From Candidatus Latescibacterota bacterium (GTDB taxonomy: Bacteria; Latescibacterota; UBA2968; GCA-2709665), in the NCBI GenBank assembly GCA_965208835.1, contig OZ242358.1, positions 1,920,001-1,984,000 on the forward strand: 64,000 bases of DNA, written 5' to 3'. Below the pieces are notes generated by a model that ran no database searches, was not told where the DNA came from, and was given only the letters and a program-made list of their open reading frames with translations. Position numbers and translations under genes: made by a program. Shown piece by piece: positions 9,255-18,675 of the stretch; the stretch's first letter is position 1, and every line of letters starts with the position of its first letter.

Positions 9255-10613
9255 AGGTGGGTCCTGCAGGTTGGCCGCAAGCAACGCCGCCGGGTCGTCG
9301 AACAGCGCCAGCAGGCGGTCGCGCTGCTGTCTGAAGTCGGCCAGCTGATCAGGTGAAAGCTGTCTGGCCCTGGAGCGATTGGCGAATCCGGCTGGGTCTA
9401 CAAGGCGATAGCCCTTGCCGTTTCTGACAAAGAAGTTGTAATGGAGGTGCGGTCCGGTGGAGCGGCCGGTCGATCCGACAAAACCGACGGTCTGCTTCTG
9501 CTTGACGTACATCCCCTTCTTCAACCCGCGCGGGAATTTGCTCAGATGGCCGTAGCCCGTCTTGTAGCCGTTTCCGTGCCGGATTTCGACGTAGTTGCCC
9601 AGAGCGCCCCTCCAGCCTCTGAAGACCACGATGCCCGGGGCGGTCGCCCATACGCGCGTGCCGTACGCCGCGGCATAGTCGATGCCGTGGTGTGGAAGGT
9701 ACTTCTTCAGGATAGGGTGGAACCTCCTGTTGGAATAGCCGGAGCTGATCCGCCGGTAATTGAGGGGAGATCTGAGAAACAGGCCGCGAAGTGACTTTCC
9801 GTTCGAATCGTAATAACCCATATGGCCGTCCGATGATTCGAACAGGAAGGCCTGATGGTTCTTCCGTGCTGTCTGGTATTCGGCGGAAAGGATATCCCCG
9901 TATCGAAGGAACCGGCCGTCCTTGTAAAATTTCTCCAGCGCAAGGGCAAACCGGTCGCCGACGCGGCAATCAACCATGAAGTCGATATCGTATTCGAAAA
10001 TGCGGGCCATTCTGCCGGTCAGGATTTTGGCGTTTTCGCCGGTTTCAGACAGGGCGTTCCAGAGGCTGCTGCGGACTTCGCCGGTCAGGACGGCGATCCG
10101 GCGCTCCAGGGGAATCTGTTCTTTACGCGCGGTCAGCCTGCCGTTCGCCCGCGTTACCAGAAACCGGGTCTCGAAAGCTCCCCGCTTGATGAACTCAAAG
10201 GACTGAAGGCTTCCCAGGCTGTCAATGCCCAGTGTGTATCGGTCGCCGCTCCGGACGATTTCGGGATTGAATTCCGCCCGTGGGATCCCCTTTTTTATTG
10301 CATTCAGCAATTCATGGATCTGAGATGGTGCAACGTCTTCCCGGTTCAATGCGTCCCAGAATGTCTCTCTGTGTCGAATACGCCCGTCGATTTCCGGGAA
10401 ACGCGGTTCAGGCGTGACCGTAAGCGGATCCGGAACCGCGAGATCTTCCCGGACGACCTCCGGATTTCGTGCGGATTCGGGATCGGGCGGCCGGGCGGTT
10501 GCGAACCACGTCAATAAAGCGACCGGGATGGCAATGAAAGCAAACCCCGTCAGCCTGAACCGGCGACCGGATCGTCCGGGCCGTTCCGTGCGATCACGTT
10601 TGGTATCGTGCAT
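9252..10613 (-). CDS. M23 family peptidoglycan DD-endopeptidase (MepM/Csd3-like)
   Basis: N-terminal TM segment, RFHPI, HHGIDYA, YGHL and GSTGRSTGPHLHY. Confidence 0.92.
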   Translation of the reverse strand: MHDTKRDRTERPGRSGRRFRLTGFAFIAIPVALLTWFATARPPDPESARNPEVVREDLAVPDPLTVTPEPRFPEIDGRIRHRETFWDALNREDVAPSQIHELLNAIKKGIPRAEFNPEIVRSGDRYTLGIDSLGSLQSFEFIKRGAFETRFLVTRANGRLTARKEQIPLERRIAVLTGEVRSSLWNALSETGENAKILTGRMARIFEYDIDFMVDCRVGDRFALALEKFYKDGRFLRYGDILSAEYQTARKNHQAFLFESSDGHMGYYDSNGKSLRGLFLRSPLNYRRISSGYSNRRFHPILKKYLPHHGIDYAAAYGTRVWATAPGIVVFRGWRGALGNYVEIRHGNGYKTGYGHLSKFPRGLKKGMYVKQKQTVGFVGSTGRSTGPHLHYNFFVRNGKGYRLVDPAGFANRSRARQLSPDQLADFRQQRDRLLALFDDPAALLAANLQDPP

Positions 10614-10727
10614 ATATTCAGTTACTTGGGATTTTCGAACAGGGTCCGGGGATTCTGATAAGACCCGGTCAAAAAAAAGCGAAAACTACAAACGCAGCTT
10701 TCTGCTCCAACGAAAATGCGGCGTCTG

Positions 10728-10756
10728 AAGATAGGCCCAAACGCGATTTCTGTCAA
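10728..10756 (-). promoter_or_regulatory. sigma70-like promoter for the M23 peptidase
   Basis: Minus strand reads TTGACA-N17-TATCTT. Confidence 0.55.
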
Positions 10757-10813
10757 CCCGTATTTTCTCTTGCATCCGGAACGCCGCGACCTTAATCTCA
10801 GGTCAACGGCTAA

Positions 10814-11182
10814 CCTTGATTTGTGAGTTTTCGTGGACGTTAATTCGAATTATGTGTTAGTTAATAGAGGCGATTATAAGGCGAATTACCAGGATACACC
10901 AGGTCACTGGTCAGGTTCGGAACTTCTCCCCCCGGCACCTTAGAAGCGGGTAGACGGAAGCCGGTAGAGGGGGAGAAAACCGGGTAGACGGGAGACGTAA
11001 GACGGTAGAAGATATCCTCGCCGGCAAATTCACCGCTCCTTGCCTCCGGCACGAAAAGAAGCCTCACAAGGCAGGAAATCTCTACCCTCTACCGTCTTAC
11101 CTCTACCCGCATTTCTTCTACCCTCTACCCGCATTCAGGGTTTTTGTGGCCAACTTGACTGCTGTCTTTTTTCGAATTGAGG
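10814..11182 (-). mobile_element. MITE family D, copy 2 (369 bp) with an internal repeat hairpin
   Basis: Flanked by CTAA (TTAG on the minus strand) at 10810-13 and 11183-86. Ends match copy 759-949. Confidence 0.75.
10946..11132. repeat. Inverted array of degenerate GGTAGA / TCTACC short repeats forming a long imperfect hairpin
   Basis: Left arm GCGGGTAGACGG..GGTAGAG..GGGTAGACGG..GTAAGACGGTAGA. Right arm TCTACCCTCTACCGTCTTACCTCTACCCGC..TCTACCCTCTACCCGC. Confidence 0.75.
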
Positions 11183-11201
11183 CTAACCGGGAGACGCTCA
11201 T

Positions 11202-12284
11202 ATGGCTGACGTTTCGCAGTCTGGCGACCGTGTGGAACTGAAGGGATTCTATCCCGGAGAACTCGAGGGATTCGTAACTTCCCTGGGACTGGAGCCCTAT
11301 CGGGCCAGGCAGATCGCCGCGTGGATCTACAATCGCGGTTCAACCGACTTCGCGGAGATGACCGACCTCGCAAAGGGGGTGCGGGCGAGACTCGCGCAGC
11401 GAGCGTCGATATTGAACCTCGAGGTGGCGGCGCGATCGGACGCGGACGACGGCGAAACCGTGAAGTATCTGTTTGAACTTCCGGACGGCAGGCGTGTCGA
11501 AAGCGTCCTGATGCGCGACGGCAGGCGCCGGACGCTTTGCGTTTCGTCGCAGGTGGGTTGTCCGCTGGATTGTACGTTCTGCGCCACCGGTCGGATGGGG
11601 CTGATCCGTAACCTGTCCGCCGGTGAAATTCTGGACCAGCTGATTTATGTACGGCGCGAACTGAGAGCACGTGGAGACGATCTGACTAATGTGGTCATGA
11701 TGGGCATGGGGGAGCCGCTGTTGAATTATGAGAACGTCATCCGTGCGATCCGGCTGATGAATCTGGATTACGGTCTGGCTATAGGGATTCGCAGGATAAC
11801 TCTGTCGACAGTCGGCTATGTGCCCGGAATCTTGAGGCTGGCACGAGAGGGGCTGAAGGTCGGTCTGGCGGTTTCGCTGAATGCCGCTGACGATGCACTG
11901 CGATCGCGGATCATGTCGATCAACCGGCGCTGGCCGATCGAAGAGCTTCTTGCGGCCGTCCGGACCTATCGGCAGCGTATCGACCGGAGGGTGACCTTCG
12001 AATACGTACTGCTGCATGGGCTGAACGATTCGATCGAGGACGCCGCTCGCCTGGTCGCGCTGGTCCGGGCCATACCGTGCAAGATCAACGTTATTCCATG
12101 GAATCCCGTGGAAGGCACCGCATTTGTTCGGCCGCCCAGGGACGCTGTCGACAGGTTTGTACACATCCTCAGGAATGCGAGACTGACAACGACGGTGCGG
12201 TACAGCAGGGGCGTGGACATCGCAGCGGGATGCGGACAGCTGTATCTCCGTCCGGATGCGGCCGAAACCGCTGCCGGCACTTGA
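11202..12284 (+). CDS. rlmN: 23S rRNA m2A2503/tRNA methyltransferase RlmN
   Basis: CVSSQVGCPLDCTFC, MGMGEP, VTFEY and DIAAGCGQL. Confidence 0.96.
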   Translation: MADVSQSGDRVELKGFYPGELEGFVTSLGLEPYRARQIAAWIYNRGSTDFAEMTDLAKGVRARLAQRASILNLEVAARSDADDGETVKYLFELPDGRRVESVLMRDGRRRTLCVSSQVGCPLDCTFCATGRMGLIRNLSAGEILDQLIYVRRELRARGDDLTNVVMMGMGEPLLNYENVIRAIRLMNLDYGLAIGIRRITLSTVGYVPGILRLAREGLKVGLAVSLNAADDALRSRIMSINRRWPIEELLAAVRTYRQRIDRRVTFEYVLLHGLNDSIEDAARLVALVRAIPCKINVIPWNPVEGTAFVRPPRDAVDRFVHILRNARLTTTVRYSRGVDIAAGCGQLYLRPDAAETAAGT

Positions 12285-12329
12285 ACTGACCGGCTGCACA
12301 CGACGAAGGCGCCACGGCGCAGAATTCCC

Positions 12330-12358
12330 TTGATTGTAATGTAAAGATATGATATATT
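12330..12358 (+). promoter_or_regulatory. sigma70 promoter for murA and the CCA gene
   Basis: TTGATT-N17-TATATT with a TGn extended -10, in an AT-rich spacer. Confidence 0.55.
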
Positions 12359-12425
12359 TTAACTTATAGAGAAATATGAAGGATCAGATTTCACAAGACT
12401 GAGTCGCATCGGTTCGTGGGTATTT

Positions 12426-13721
12426 ATGGAACAGTTCGTGATCGAAGGCGGGTTTCAGCTTACCGGCACCATCGAGCCGCTCGGTAACAAGAACGCCGCG
12501 CTTACTCTCCTCGCCGCGAGTCTCCTGACAGACGAGACGGTGGTGTTGAACAATGCGCCGCCAATAGGAGACGTACTCACCCAGATCGCGATCCTGCGCG
12601 ATCTGGGTGTCTCGGTTCATCAGCATTCCGGACGTGCGAAGCTGAGCGCTTGTGCGGCTTCCCTCAGCAAGACCGCCCTGAATCCCGATTACTGCAGAAG
12701 GAACCGCGGCAGCATACTTCTCGCAGGGCCGCTTCTGGCGCGCCATGGACGTGCGACGATGCCCCGCCCAGGCGGGGACAGAATAGGCCGCCGCCGGCTC
12801 GATACCCACCTTCGAGCCCTGGAAGCGCTGGGGGCGCGCATTGAGACCAGCCACGGATATGAACTGTGGGCGCCGGATGGATTGACCGGCGCGGACATTT
12901 TTCTGGATGAGCGGAGCGTGACCGGAACGGAAAACGTCATCATGGCAGCCACCCTCGCCGAAGGCACGACCGTCATCCGAAACGCGGCCTCCGAACCGCA
13001 CGTGCAGGAGCTGTGCCATCTGCTCAACGCCATGGGCGCCCGGATTTCGGGCGTGGGTACGAATGAGCTGACTGTCGAGGGCGTAAAGGCGCTTTCCGGC
13101 GGCGAGCATGCCATCGGTCCCGATTATATGGAGGTGGGGAGCTTCATCGGACTCGCGGCGGTAACCCATGGTGAGATACGGATCAGAGACGCGGCACCGC
13201 ATCATATGCGGCTGAGTCTGATGGTTTTCGAAAGGCTCGGGGTGGAGGTGATGGTGGACGGTGAGGACATTCTCGTTCCCGACGATCAGAAGCTTCAGAT
13301 CGTCCGTGACGTCGGGGACGCAATTCCGAAGATCTTCGACGATCCGTGGCCGGGTTTCCCCGCGGACCTGATGAGTATTGCGATTGTTGTCGCCACGCAG
13401 GCCCGGGGAACCGTGATGTTTTTCGAGAAGATGTACGAGAGCCGGCTTTTCTGGCTGGACCGGCTGATCGAGATGGGGGCCGAGATCATCATTTGCGATC
13501 CGCACCGGGCCGTTATCGTGGGTCCGTCGAAGCTGTACGGCGAGCGGATTACAAGCCCCGACATCAGGGCCGGGATGGCGCTGTTGATCGCCAGCCTCTG
13601 CGCCGAAGGACAGACTGTGATCCGAAACATCGAACAGATCGATCGCGGGTACGATCGGATCGACGAACGACTTCGCACGCTGGGCGCCCGGATCGAACGG
13701 GTTCCCGTTCCCGTTGACTGA
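12426..13721 (+). CDS. murA: UDP-N-acetylglucosamine 1-carboxyvinyltransferase
   Basis: [36 protein letters not shown] and IDRGY. Confidence 0.96.
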   Translation: MEQFVIEGGFQLTGTIEPLGNKNAALTLLAASLLTDETVVLNNAPPIGDVLTQIAILRDLGVSVHQHSGRAKLSACAASLSKTALNPDYCRRNRGSILLAGPLLARHGRATMPRPGGDRIGRRRLDTHLRALEALGARIETSHGYELWAPDGLTGADIFLDERSVTGTENVIMAATLAEGTTVIRNAASEPHVQELCHLLNAMGARISGVGTNELTVEGVKALSGGEHAIGPDYMEVGSFIGLAAVTHGEIRIRDAAPHHMRLSLMVFERLGVEVMVDGEDILVPDDQKLQIVRDVGDAIPKIFDDPWPGFPADLMSIAIVVATQARGTVMFFEKMYESRLFWLDRLIEMGAEIIICDPHRAVIVGPSKLYGERITSPDIRAGMALLIASLCAEGQTVIRNIEQIDRGYDRIDERLRTLGARIERVPVPVD

Positions 13722-13726
13722 ACGCA

Positions 13727-15079
13727 ATGGCATCTGCTCACGATACGGCAATTGAGGTGGTTCGACGCCTCGACGCGCACGGATTCCGGGCGTTGCTGGC
13801 CGGGGGATGCGTCAGGGACCTTCAGCTCGGGCTGAAACCACGGGACTACGACGTCGCTACCGATGCCGATCCTCAGAAGGTGATCGGCATTTTTCAAAAC
13901 GCCCGGGCCGTCGGTGCGCACTTTGGCGTGGTGGAGGTGCGCCTGGCGGGGCATGCCTTCGAGGTTGCCCGTTTTCGGCGCGATCTGGGTTACAGCGACG
14001 GGCGGCATCCGGATGCGGTCGAATTTGCCGACGAGACGGAGGATGCCCAGCGTCGCGATTTCACGGTGAACGGGATGTTTTGGGACCCGCTCAGGGACCA
14101 GGTACTGGACTACGTGGGAGGACAGGCGGACCTCAGGGAGAAGACGATCCGGACCATAGGCCCCGCAGAAGACCGGTTTACGGAAGATCGTCTGAGAATG
14201 ATGAGAGCGGTTCGGCTCGGCTGCCGTTTCCACTGGCGGATCGATGCTGCCACATTTGCGGCGATAAGGCGTTCGAGTAAAGACCTTTCGGAAGTCAGCG
14301 TGGAACGTGTCCGGGACGAATTCGTCAGAATCCTGACCGAAGGAGGCGCACCCCTGGGGGTACGATGGCTTATCGACTCAGGGCTGATGAACGGAGTGGC
14401 GCCCGAGGTACTGGAACTCGATGGGGTCGCGCAGCCGCCTGAGTTTCATCCCGAGGGAGACGTGTTGACCCACACGTTGATCATGCTGGGTCTGATGCGC
14501 AACCCGTCGCCCGAGCTGGCCATGGCGGTGCTGCTGCACGACGTGGGCAAGCCGCGCACGTTCAGGACGGCCGACCGTATCCGGTTTGACAATCACGCCG
14601 GCGTGGGCGCTCAGATGACGAATGAGATCTGCCGCAGGCTTCGGTTTTCAGGCGAGGCGACCCGCCACATCGTTCGTCTGGTGGCGGACCATCACCGCTT
14701 TATGCACGTGCGCCAGATGCGCGCGAGCCGGTTGAAGCGGTTTTTGCGGCTGGATCGATTCGACGAGCACCTGGAACTGCACAGGGTGGATTGTTTGTCC
14801 AGCCACCGGAATCTCGAGAACTACCATTTCTGCCGACAGGCTCTGGAAACACTGGAACCAGAAGAGATACGTCCCGAACCGTTGATTACAGGAAGGGACC
14901 TCATCGAGCTCGGGTACACACCGGGGCCGGCGTTCAAGACGGTGTTGAGGGCAGTGGAAGACGGCCAGCTCGACGGTAGGGTCAGGGATAGGGAGAGTGC
15001 GCTGCTCGTCGCTAGAGGCGTGTTTGAAAGCGGTGCGAAGTCCGTGTGTGACGTCCTGGCCGAGGGCGGGTCAGCCTAG
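13727..15079 (+). CDS. CCA tRNA nucleotidyltransferase / poly(A) polymerase family with HD domain
   Basis: GGCVRD, DYDVAT, RRDFTVN, EDRLRMMRAVR, HPEGDV and LLHDVGKP. Confidence 0.92.
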   Translation: MASAHDTAIEVVRRLDAHGFRALLAGGCVRDLQLGLKPRDYDVATDADPQKVIGIFQNARAVGAHFGVVEVRLAGHAFEVARFRRDLGYSDGRHPDAVEFADETEDAQRRDFTVNGMFWDPLRDQVLDYVGGQADLREKTIRTIGPAEDRFTEDRLRMMRAVRLGCRFHWRIDAATFAAIRRSSKDLSEVSVERVRDEFVRILTEGGAPLGVRWLIDSGLMNGVAPEVLELDGVAQPPEFHPEGDVLTHTLIMLGLMRNPSPELAMAVLLHDVGKPRTFRTADRIRFDNHAGVGAQMTNEICRRLRFSGEATRHIVRLVADHHRFMHVRQMRASRLKRFLRLDRFDEHLELHRVDCLSSHRNLENYHFCRQALETLEPEEIRPEPLITGRDLIELGYTPGPAFKTVLRAVEDGQLDGRVRDRESALLVARGVFESGAKSVCDVLAEGGSA

Positions 15080-15242
15080 CAGCCCGTTGAAAAAGTCCAT
15101 CCGGGCTGCGGCCGGCCCTTGCGGTCGAAATACGGCGTTGCGCGCCCTCGCCGAATCGCAGGATGGGACTCGGTTGCGCGCCTTGTCTTCGGCCACAATG
15201 GCTCGGCCTCGCCTGCAGAGCGACTTTATCAACGGACTGCTA
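15077..15242 (+). mobile_element. MITE family A, full copy (~166 bp)
   Basis: TIR TAGCAGCCCGTTGAAAAAGTC / GACTTTATCAACGGACTGCTA, with CTAG at both ends. Begins at the TAG stop of the CCA gene. Confidence 0.87.
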
Positions 15243-15382
15243 GTCCCCTCGAATTGACGAACAAGCTATAGATCTCCCCGGTCCCCGGTGCTACGCGGTA
15301 TGTTTGGAACCATCGCCTGGCAGGGGCGTTTCCAGATAGAGAAGACCGCTCGCCATACCCACTGTTTCCCGACAGGTGTCCT

Positions 15383-15958
15383 GTGTCAGGACTGATTCGA
15401 TTCGTTCTCCCGTTTGCCGTTTCGGTCCTCTGCGTAACGCATATCGAGGCGACAACCGTAGAAAGGTTCGGCTTCGATTCGCTCTGCGAAAGGGCAGAGA
15501 CAATCGCCCATGTCCAGTGTGTATCCCGCAGCAGCTTTCTGGATGACGGACGAGGGGAAATCGTGACGCGGCACCGGTTCAGGGTCATCGCACCGGTCAA
15601 GGGCAATCCGGGTGCCGAGATCGTCCTCACACTGCCTGGCGGAACCGCCGACGGCCGGAGATTGCATATCCCCGGCATTCCCGATTTCGGCGTCGATGAA
15701 GAGGTCGTTCTGTTCCTTACAGTACCGGACCGGCACGGATCACCGTGGCCGCTGGGACTGGGGCAGGGCTGTTACCGCGTGCTCGCAGCGCAGGACGGAC
15801 ACGCCAGGGTCAGGATGCAGCCGGGAACGACGCCCCTGCCGGCGGGTGCGCTCTTCAAGCCGGCGCTGAACCGACCCTCTCGGCCGTTCCATGTTCCGCT
15901 CCCGCTTTTCCTGCATCAGATCCGCCTCACAATTCCCGAACCATCTGACGAACGTTAG
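15383..15958 (+). CDS. Hypothetical secreted protein
   Basis: Signal peptide followed by ATTVERFGFDSL...PGG..HIPGIPDFGVDEEVVLFL..GLGQG. Function unknown. Confidence 0.7.
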   Translation: MSGLIRFVLPFAVSVLCVTHIEATTVERFGFDSLCERAETIAHVQCVSRSSFLDDGRGEIVTRHRFRVIAPVKGNPGAEIVLTLPGGTADGRRLHIPGIPDFGVDEEVVLFLTVPDRHGSPWPLGLGQGCYRVLAAQDGHARVRMQPGTTPLPAGALFKPALNRPSRPFHVPLPLFLHQIRLTIPEPSDER

Positions 15959-16122
15959 TGTCCTGTCCGGGAAATCCCTCACCATTCGGCCGCCGATTCA
16001 TCCCGTCTCGCTACGTTCCCGTCGCTCACCGACCTTACGTAGATCGCTTGCGCACCGGCGCCTTGCGAGCCGGGCGACTCGTCGGCCGAATTTTGGCAAC
16101 TTATTTCCGGGACAGAACACCA
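15956..16122 (+). mobile_element. MITE family C, copy 1
   Basis: TIR TAGTGTCCTGTCC / GGACAGAACAC, matching the reverse complement of 43263-43429. Starts at the TAG stop of the upstream gene. Confidence 0.82.
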
Positions 16123-16245
16123 GATCCCTATTTATTTCGCTTGACTTTGATCCGGCATTGTTGCATCATACCGGCGCGGTTCATGTGCCCGCTTTTTCGC
16201 GTGTAACATTCTGAATTTAACTGACTTTGGCACTTTTGGCATGCT

Positions 16246-16411
16246 TATCATCCCGTTGAAAAAGCCCATCCGGGCCACGGCCGGCCCTTGCGGTCGAAAT
16301 ATTGCGTTGCGCGCCCTCGCCGAATCGCAGGACGGGACTCGGCTGCGCGCCTTGTCTTCGGCCACAATGGCTCGGCCCCGCCTGCAGAGCGACTTTATCA
16401 ACAGACTGTTA
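16246..16411 (+). mobile_element. MITE family A, full copy
   Basis: Near-identical to 15077-15242. Confidence 0.85.
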
Positions 16412-16466
16412 GAGGGCGGCGTTATGCCCTTTTTTTGTTGGCTTCGAACCGTAAGGAGAGTGAGTC

Positions 16467-17660
16467 ATGTTCAAGTTGCATTTTGATATTCGGGACATCT
16501 TTCGAGTGGTTCGGCTCGGATGGTCCGGAAAGAAGATCTGGGTGGGGTTGTGCGGCACGCTGATCGCCTATGCCGGATATTCCATCCTGGCTGTCGCCGA
16601 CCACCTGGTAGCCGGGGCTGCGCCTGGTGAGATCTGGCAGCGTTACGGGTTCTTCCCGGGGCTGGCGCCGTTTCCGGTCACGCTGGCCGGCGTCGCTGTA
16701 GACGGGCTTGCATTGCTCTATGTCTGGGTTGTGGTCCTCTTGACAACGTGTATGATCTGCAAGATAACGTACCAGCAATTGAAGGGTGACGACTTTTATT
16801 CCTCCGGCGACGCGTGGGGATTCGTCAGACAGAACTGGGGCGGCGTTGTCTGGGGGCCGGTGGCCACGCTGGCGCTGCTGATCTTTTTTGTCGTCGCCGG
16901 CATTGTGATCGGATGGCTGGCGGGTCTGATCCCATGGGCGGGCGAACTGGCATTCGGGCTGTTGTTCATCCCGATCTTCTTTGCCGCGCTCGTCGCTATT
17001 TTTGTATCGATCGCGTTTGTCGTGTCCCTGACGATGTCGCCCGCGGTGGTTGGGACGGTCGGCGAAGACGCGCTCGAGGTGGCCATCCAGTCCTTTTCAT
17101 TGGCATGGAGCCAGCCGTGGCGGCTGGTGCTGTATATGATCTGGATGAAGATTTCGGTGACTATCGGTACGGCCCTGTTGGGCGTCTTCATGGCCTCGTC
17201 GCTTGCTCTGGTGAGCTGGGCCTGCGGCCTGTTCATGAAGGAGAAACTGGCCAATATGGTCTACGTGGCGGGACAGTATGTCCCATTTGACTTTACGCGC
17301 TCCGAGTGGCTGTCGCTGGACATTACCGCGTATCTGCCGCCCGCCGGTACCCCTTCCGGTTCCGAACTGCTGGCCGGGGGAATTCTCGCAGTAATGTTGA
17401 TTCTGCTCACGGTTATCTTCAGTTCATACGTGATGTCCGCCTATGCTTCCGGTCTCAGCCTGATATACGTGATTCTTCGAAAACGCAAGGACGATGAGAA
17501 TCTGCTCGAATGGGAGGACGACGAGGCGGGAGACGACGAGGAACAACCAGAAGAAGAGGAAGCGACGGACGACGGCGTCCAGGAGGCAGGGAACGACACG
17601 TCCGCGGAATCGGAGAACGGAGACGGTGAGGCGTCGGACACGGAAACGGGACAGAACTGA
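16467..17660 (+). CDS. Multi-pass membrane protein with an acidic C-terminal tail
   Basis: About 7 hydrophobic segments, an AAGGAG RBS and a D/E-rich tail. Confidence 0.8.
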   Translation: MFKLHFDIRDIFRVVRLGWSGKKIWVGLCGTLIAYAGYSILAVADHLVAGAAPGEIWQRYGFFPGLAPFPVTLAGVAVDGLALLYVWVVVLLTTCMICKITYQQLKGDDFYSSGDAWGFVRQNWGGVVWGPVATLALLIFFVVAGIVIGWLAGLIPWAGELAFGLLFIPIFFAALVAIFVSIAFVVSLTMSPAVVGTVGEDALEVAIQSFSLAWSQPWRLVLYMIWMKISVTIGTALLGVFMASSLALVSWACGLFMKEKLANMVYVAGQYVPFDFTRSEWLSLDITAYLPPAGTPSGSELLAGGILAVMLILLTVIFSSYVMSAYASGLSLIYVILRKRKDDENLLEWEDDEAGDDEEQPEEEEATDDGVQEAGNDTSAESENGDGEASDTETGQN

Positions 17661-17691
17661 CGTCCGGCAGTCGGAAAACGTACTGGCGGAT

Positions 17692-18675
17692 GTGGCGGCC
17701 GATGCGCGTCTCGACGAGGGTCCGGAAGGCGTTCGCCGTGTCTTGCGGGCCATTTATCGCGCGGGGACGCTGCCGGTAAGGGACCTGTCGCGGGAAACGG
17801 GTCTGCCGGTTCCGGTGGTCGCGGCGGTCCGGGGTGAGTTGGAAACAAGGGGTTGGCTGGAGAGGCGAGGGGGTGTGCGCCTGTCTCCGGTCGGCCGGAA
17901 CGCGGTTGAACAACAACTGAGTCTGAGTTGCCGCCGCCGGTTTCAGAGGCCGGTTTTTCCCGTGCTGAACGACGAGATGCGTTCGTTGCAGACACGGATG
18001 GAGGCATTCGGAGGGCGGAGGCCGGCCGCCGACGTGCGGCTGGACCAGTCTCATGCAACGGCGGAAACCGCGCTGCGGCGCGCCGTATATCTGTACGAAA
18101 ACGACGGGCTGGAAGGGCGCGATGTACTGATACTGGGAGACGACGACCTCACCTCTCTGGCCATCGGCCTCCTTGCTGATTACCTGGGGATATCAGTGCG
18201 CAGGGTCGTGGTGCTGGAGTGCGACCCGCGTCTCGTGGCCTTTCTGAACGCCGCGTCAGGTGAAACGGGACAGCCTGTCGAGGCCGTCGATCACGACTTG
18301 AGGTCGGATCTGCCAGGGAATCTTCTCGCCGGTTTCGATCTGTTTTTTACCGATCCGCCATACACGCTGTCCGGGTTGTCGCTGTTCGTTTCCCGCGGCG
18401 CGGCCGGGCTTCGACCGGAGGTGGGCAAGCAGGGCTTTGTCTGTTTCGGAAGCCGCAACCCCGACGAGACGGCGACCGCCGTACGTACGATCACTGAAAC
18501 CGGGCTGGCGCCGGTCGAGATCATCCCGGGTTTCAATCGGTACGACGGCGCCCAGATGCTGGCCGGTGTCAGCCACCTCATTCGAACGGTCGCGACGGCC
18601 CGGTTGACGCCACGTGTCAATGGCTTCTACAAGGGTTCGCTTTACACGGCCGACAGGCCACGGAAGACGGGATGA
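17692..18675 (+). CDS. Branched-chain polyamine synthase (BpsA / bis-aminopropyl spermidine synthase) family protein with N-terminal wHTH
   Basis: LDQSHAT, catalytic-type ILGDDDLTSLA and FFTDPPYT..GL.LFVSRG. The start codon is uncertain because the frame is open from 17494. Confidence 0.8.
   Translation: MAADARLDEGPEGVRRVLRAIYRAGTLPVRDLSRETGLPVPVVAAVRGELETRGWLERRGGVRLSPVGRNAVEQQLSLSCRRRFQRPVFPVLNDEMRSLQTRMEAFGGRRPAADVRLDQSHATAETALRRAVYLYENDGLEGRDVLILGDDDLTSLAIGLLADYLGISVRRVVVLECDPRLVAFLNAASGETGQPVEAVDHDLRSDLPGNLLAGFDLFFTDPPYTLSGLSLFVSRGAAGLRPEVGKQGFVCFGSRNPDETATAVRTITETGLAPVEIIPGFNRYDGAQMLAGVSHLIRTVATARLTPRVNGFYKGSLYTADRPRKTG

Noticed and set aside
10940-11135. Possible CRISPR array
   Set aside because: The units are 6-7 nt, irregular and inverted, with no repeat-spacer period and no cas genes.
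15077-16411. Composite transposon of two family-A MITEs around the secreted hypothetical gene
   Set aside because: MITE density is high enough for chance flanking, and there is no distinctive outer duplication.
14997-16486. Recurring peptide LKKxIRAxAGPCGRNxALRALAESQDGTR in several ORFs, and TATFSLALGNSPVILKQ elsewhere
   Set aside because: These are translations of MITE families A and B. They also falsely extend the N-termini of neighbouring ORFs and are not a protein family.
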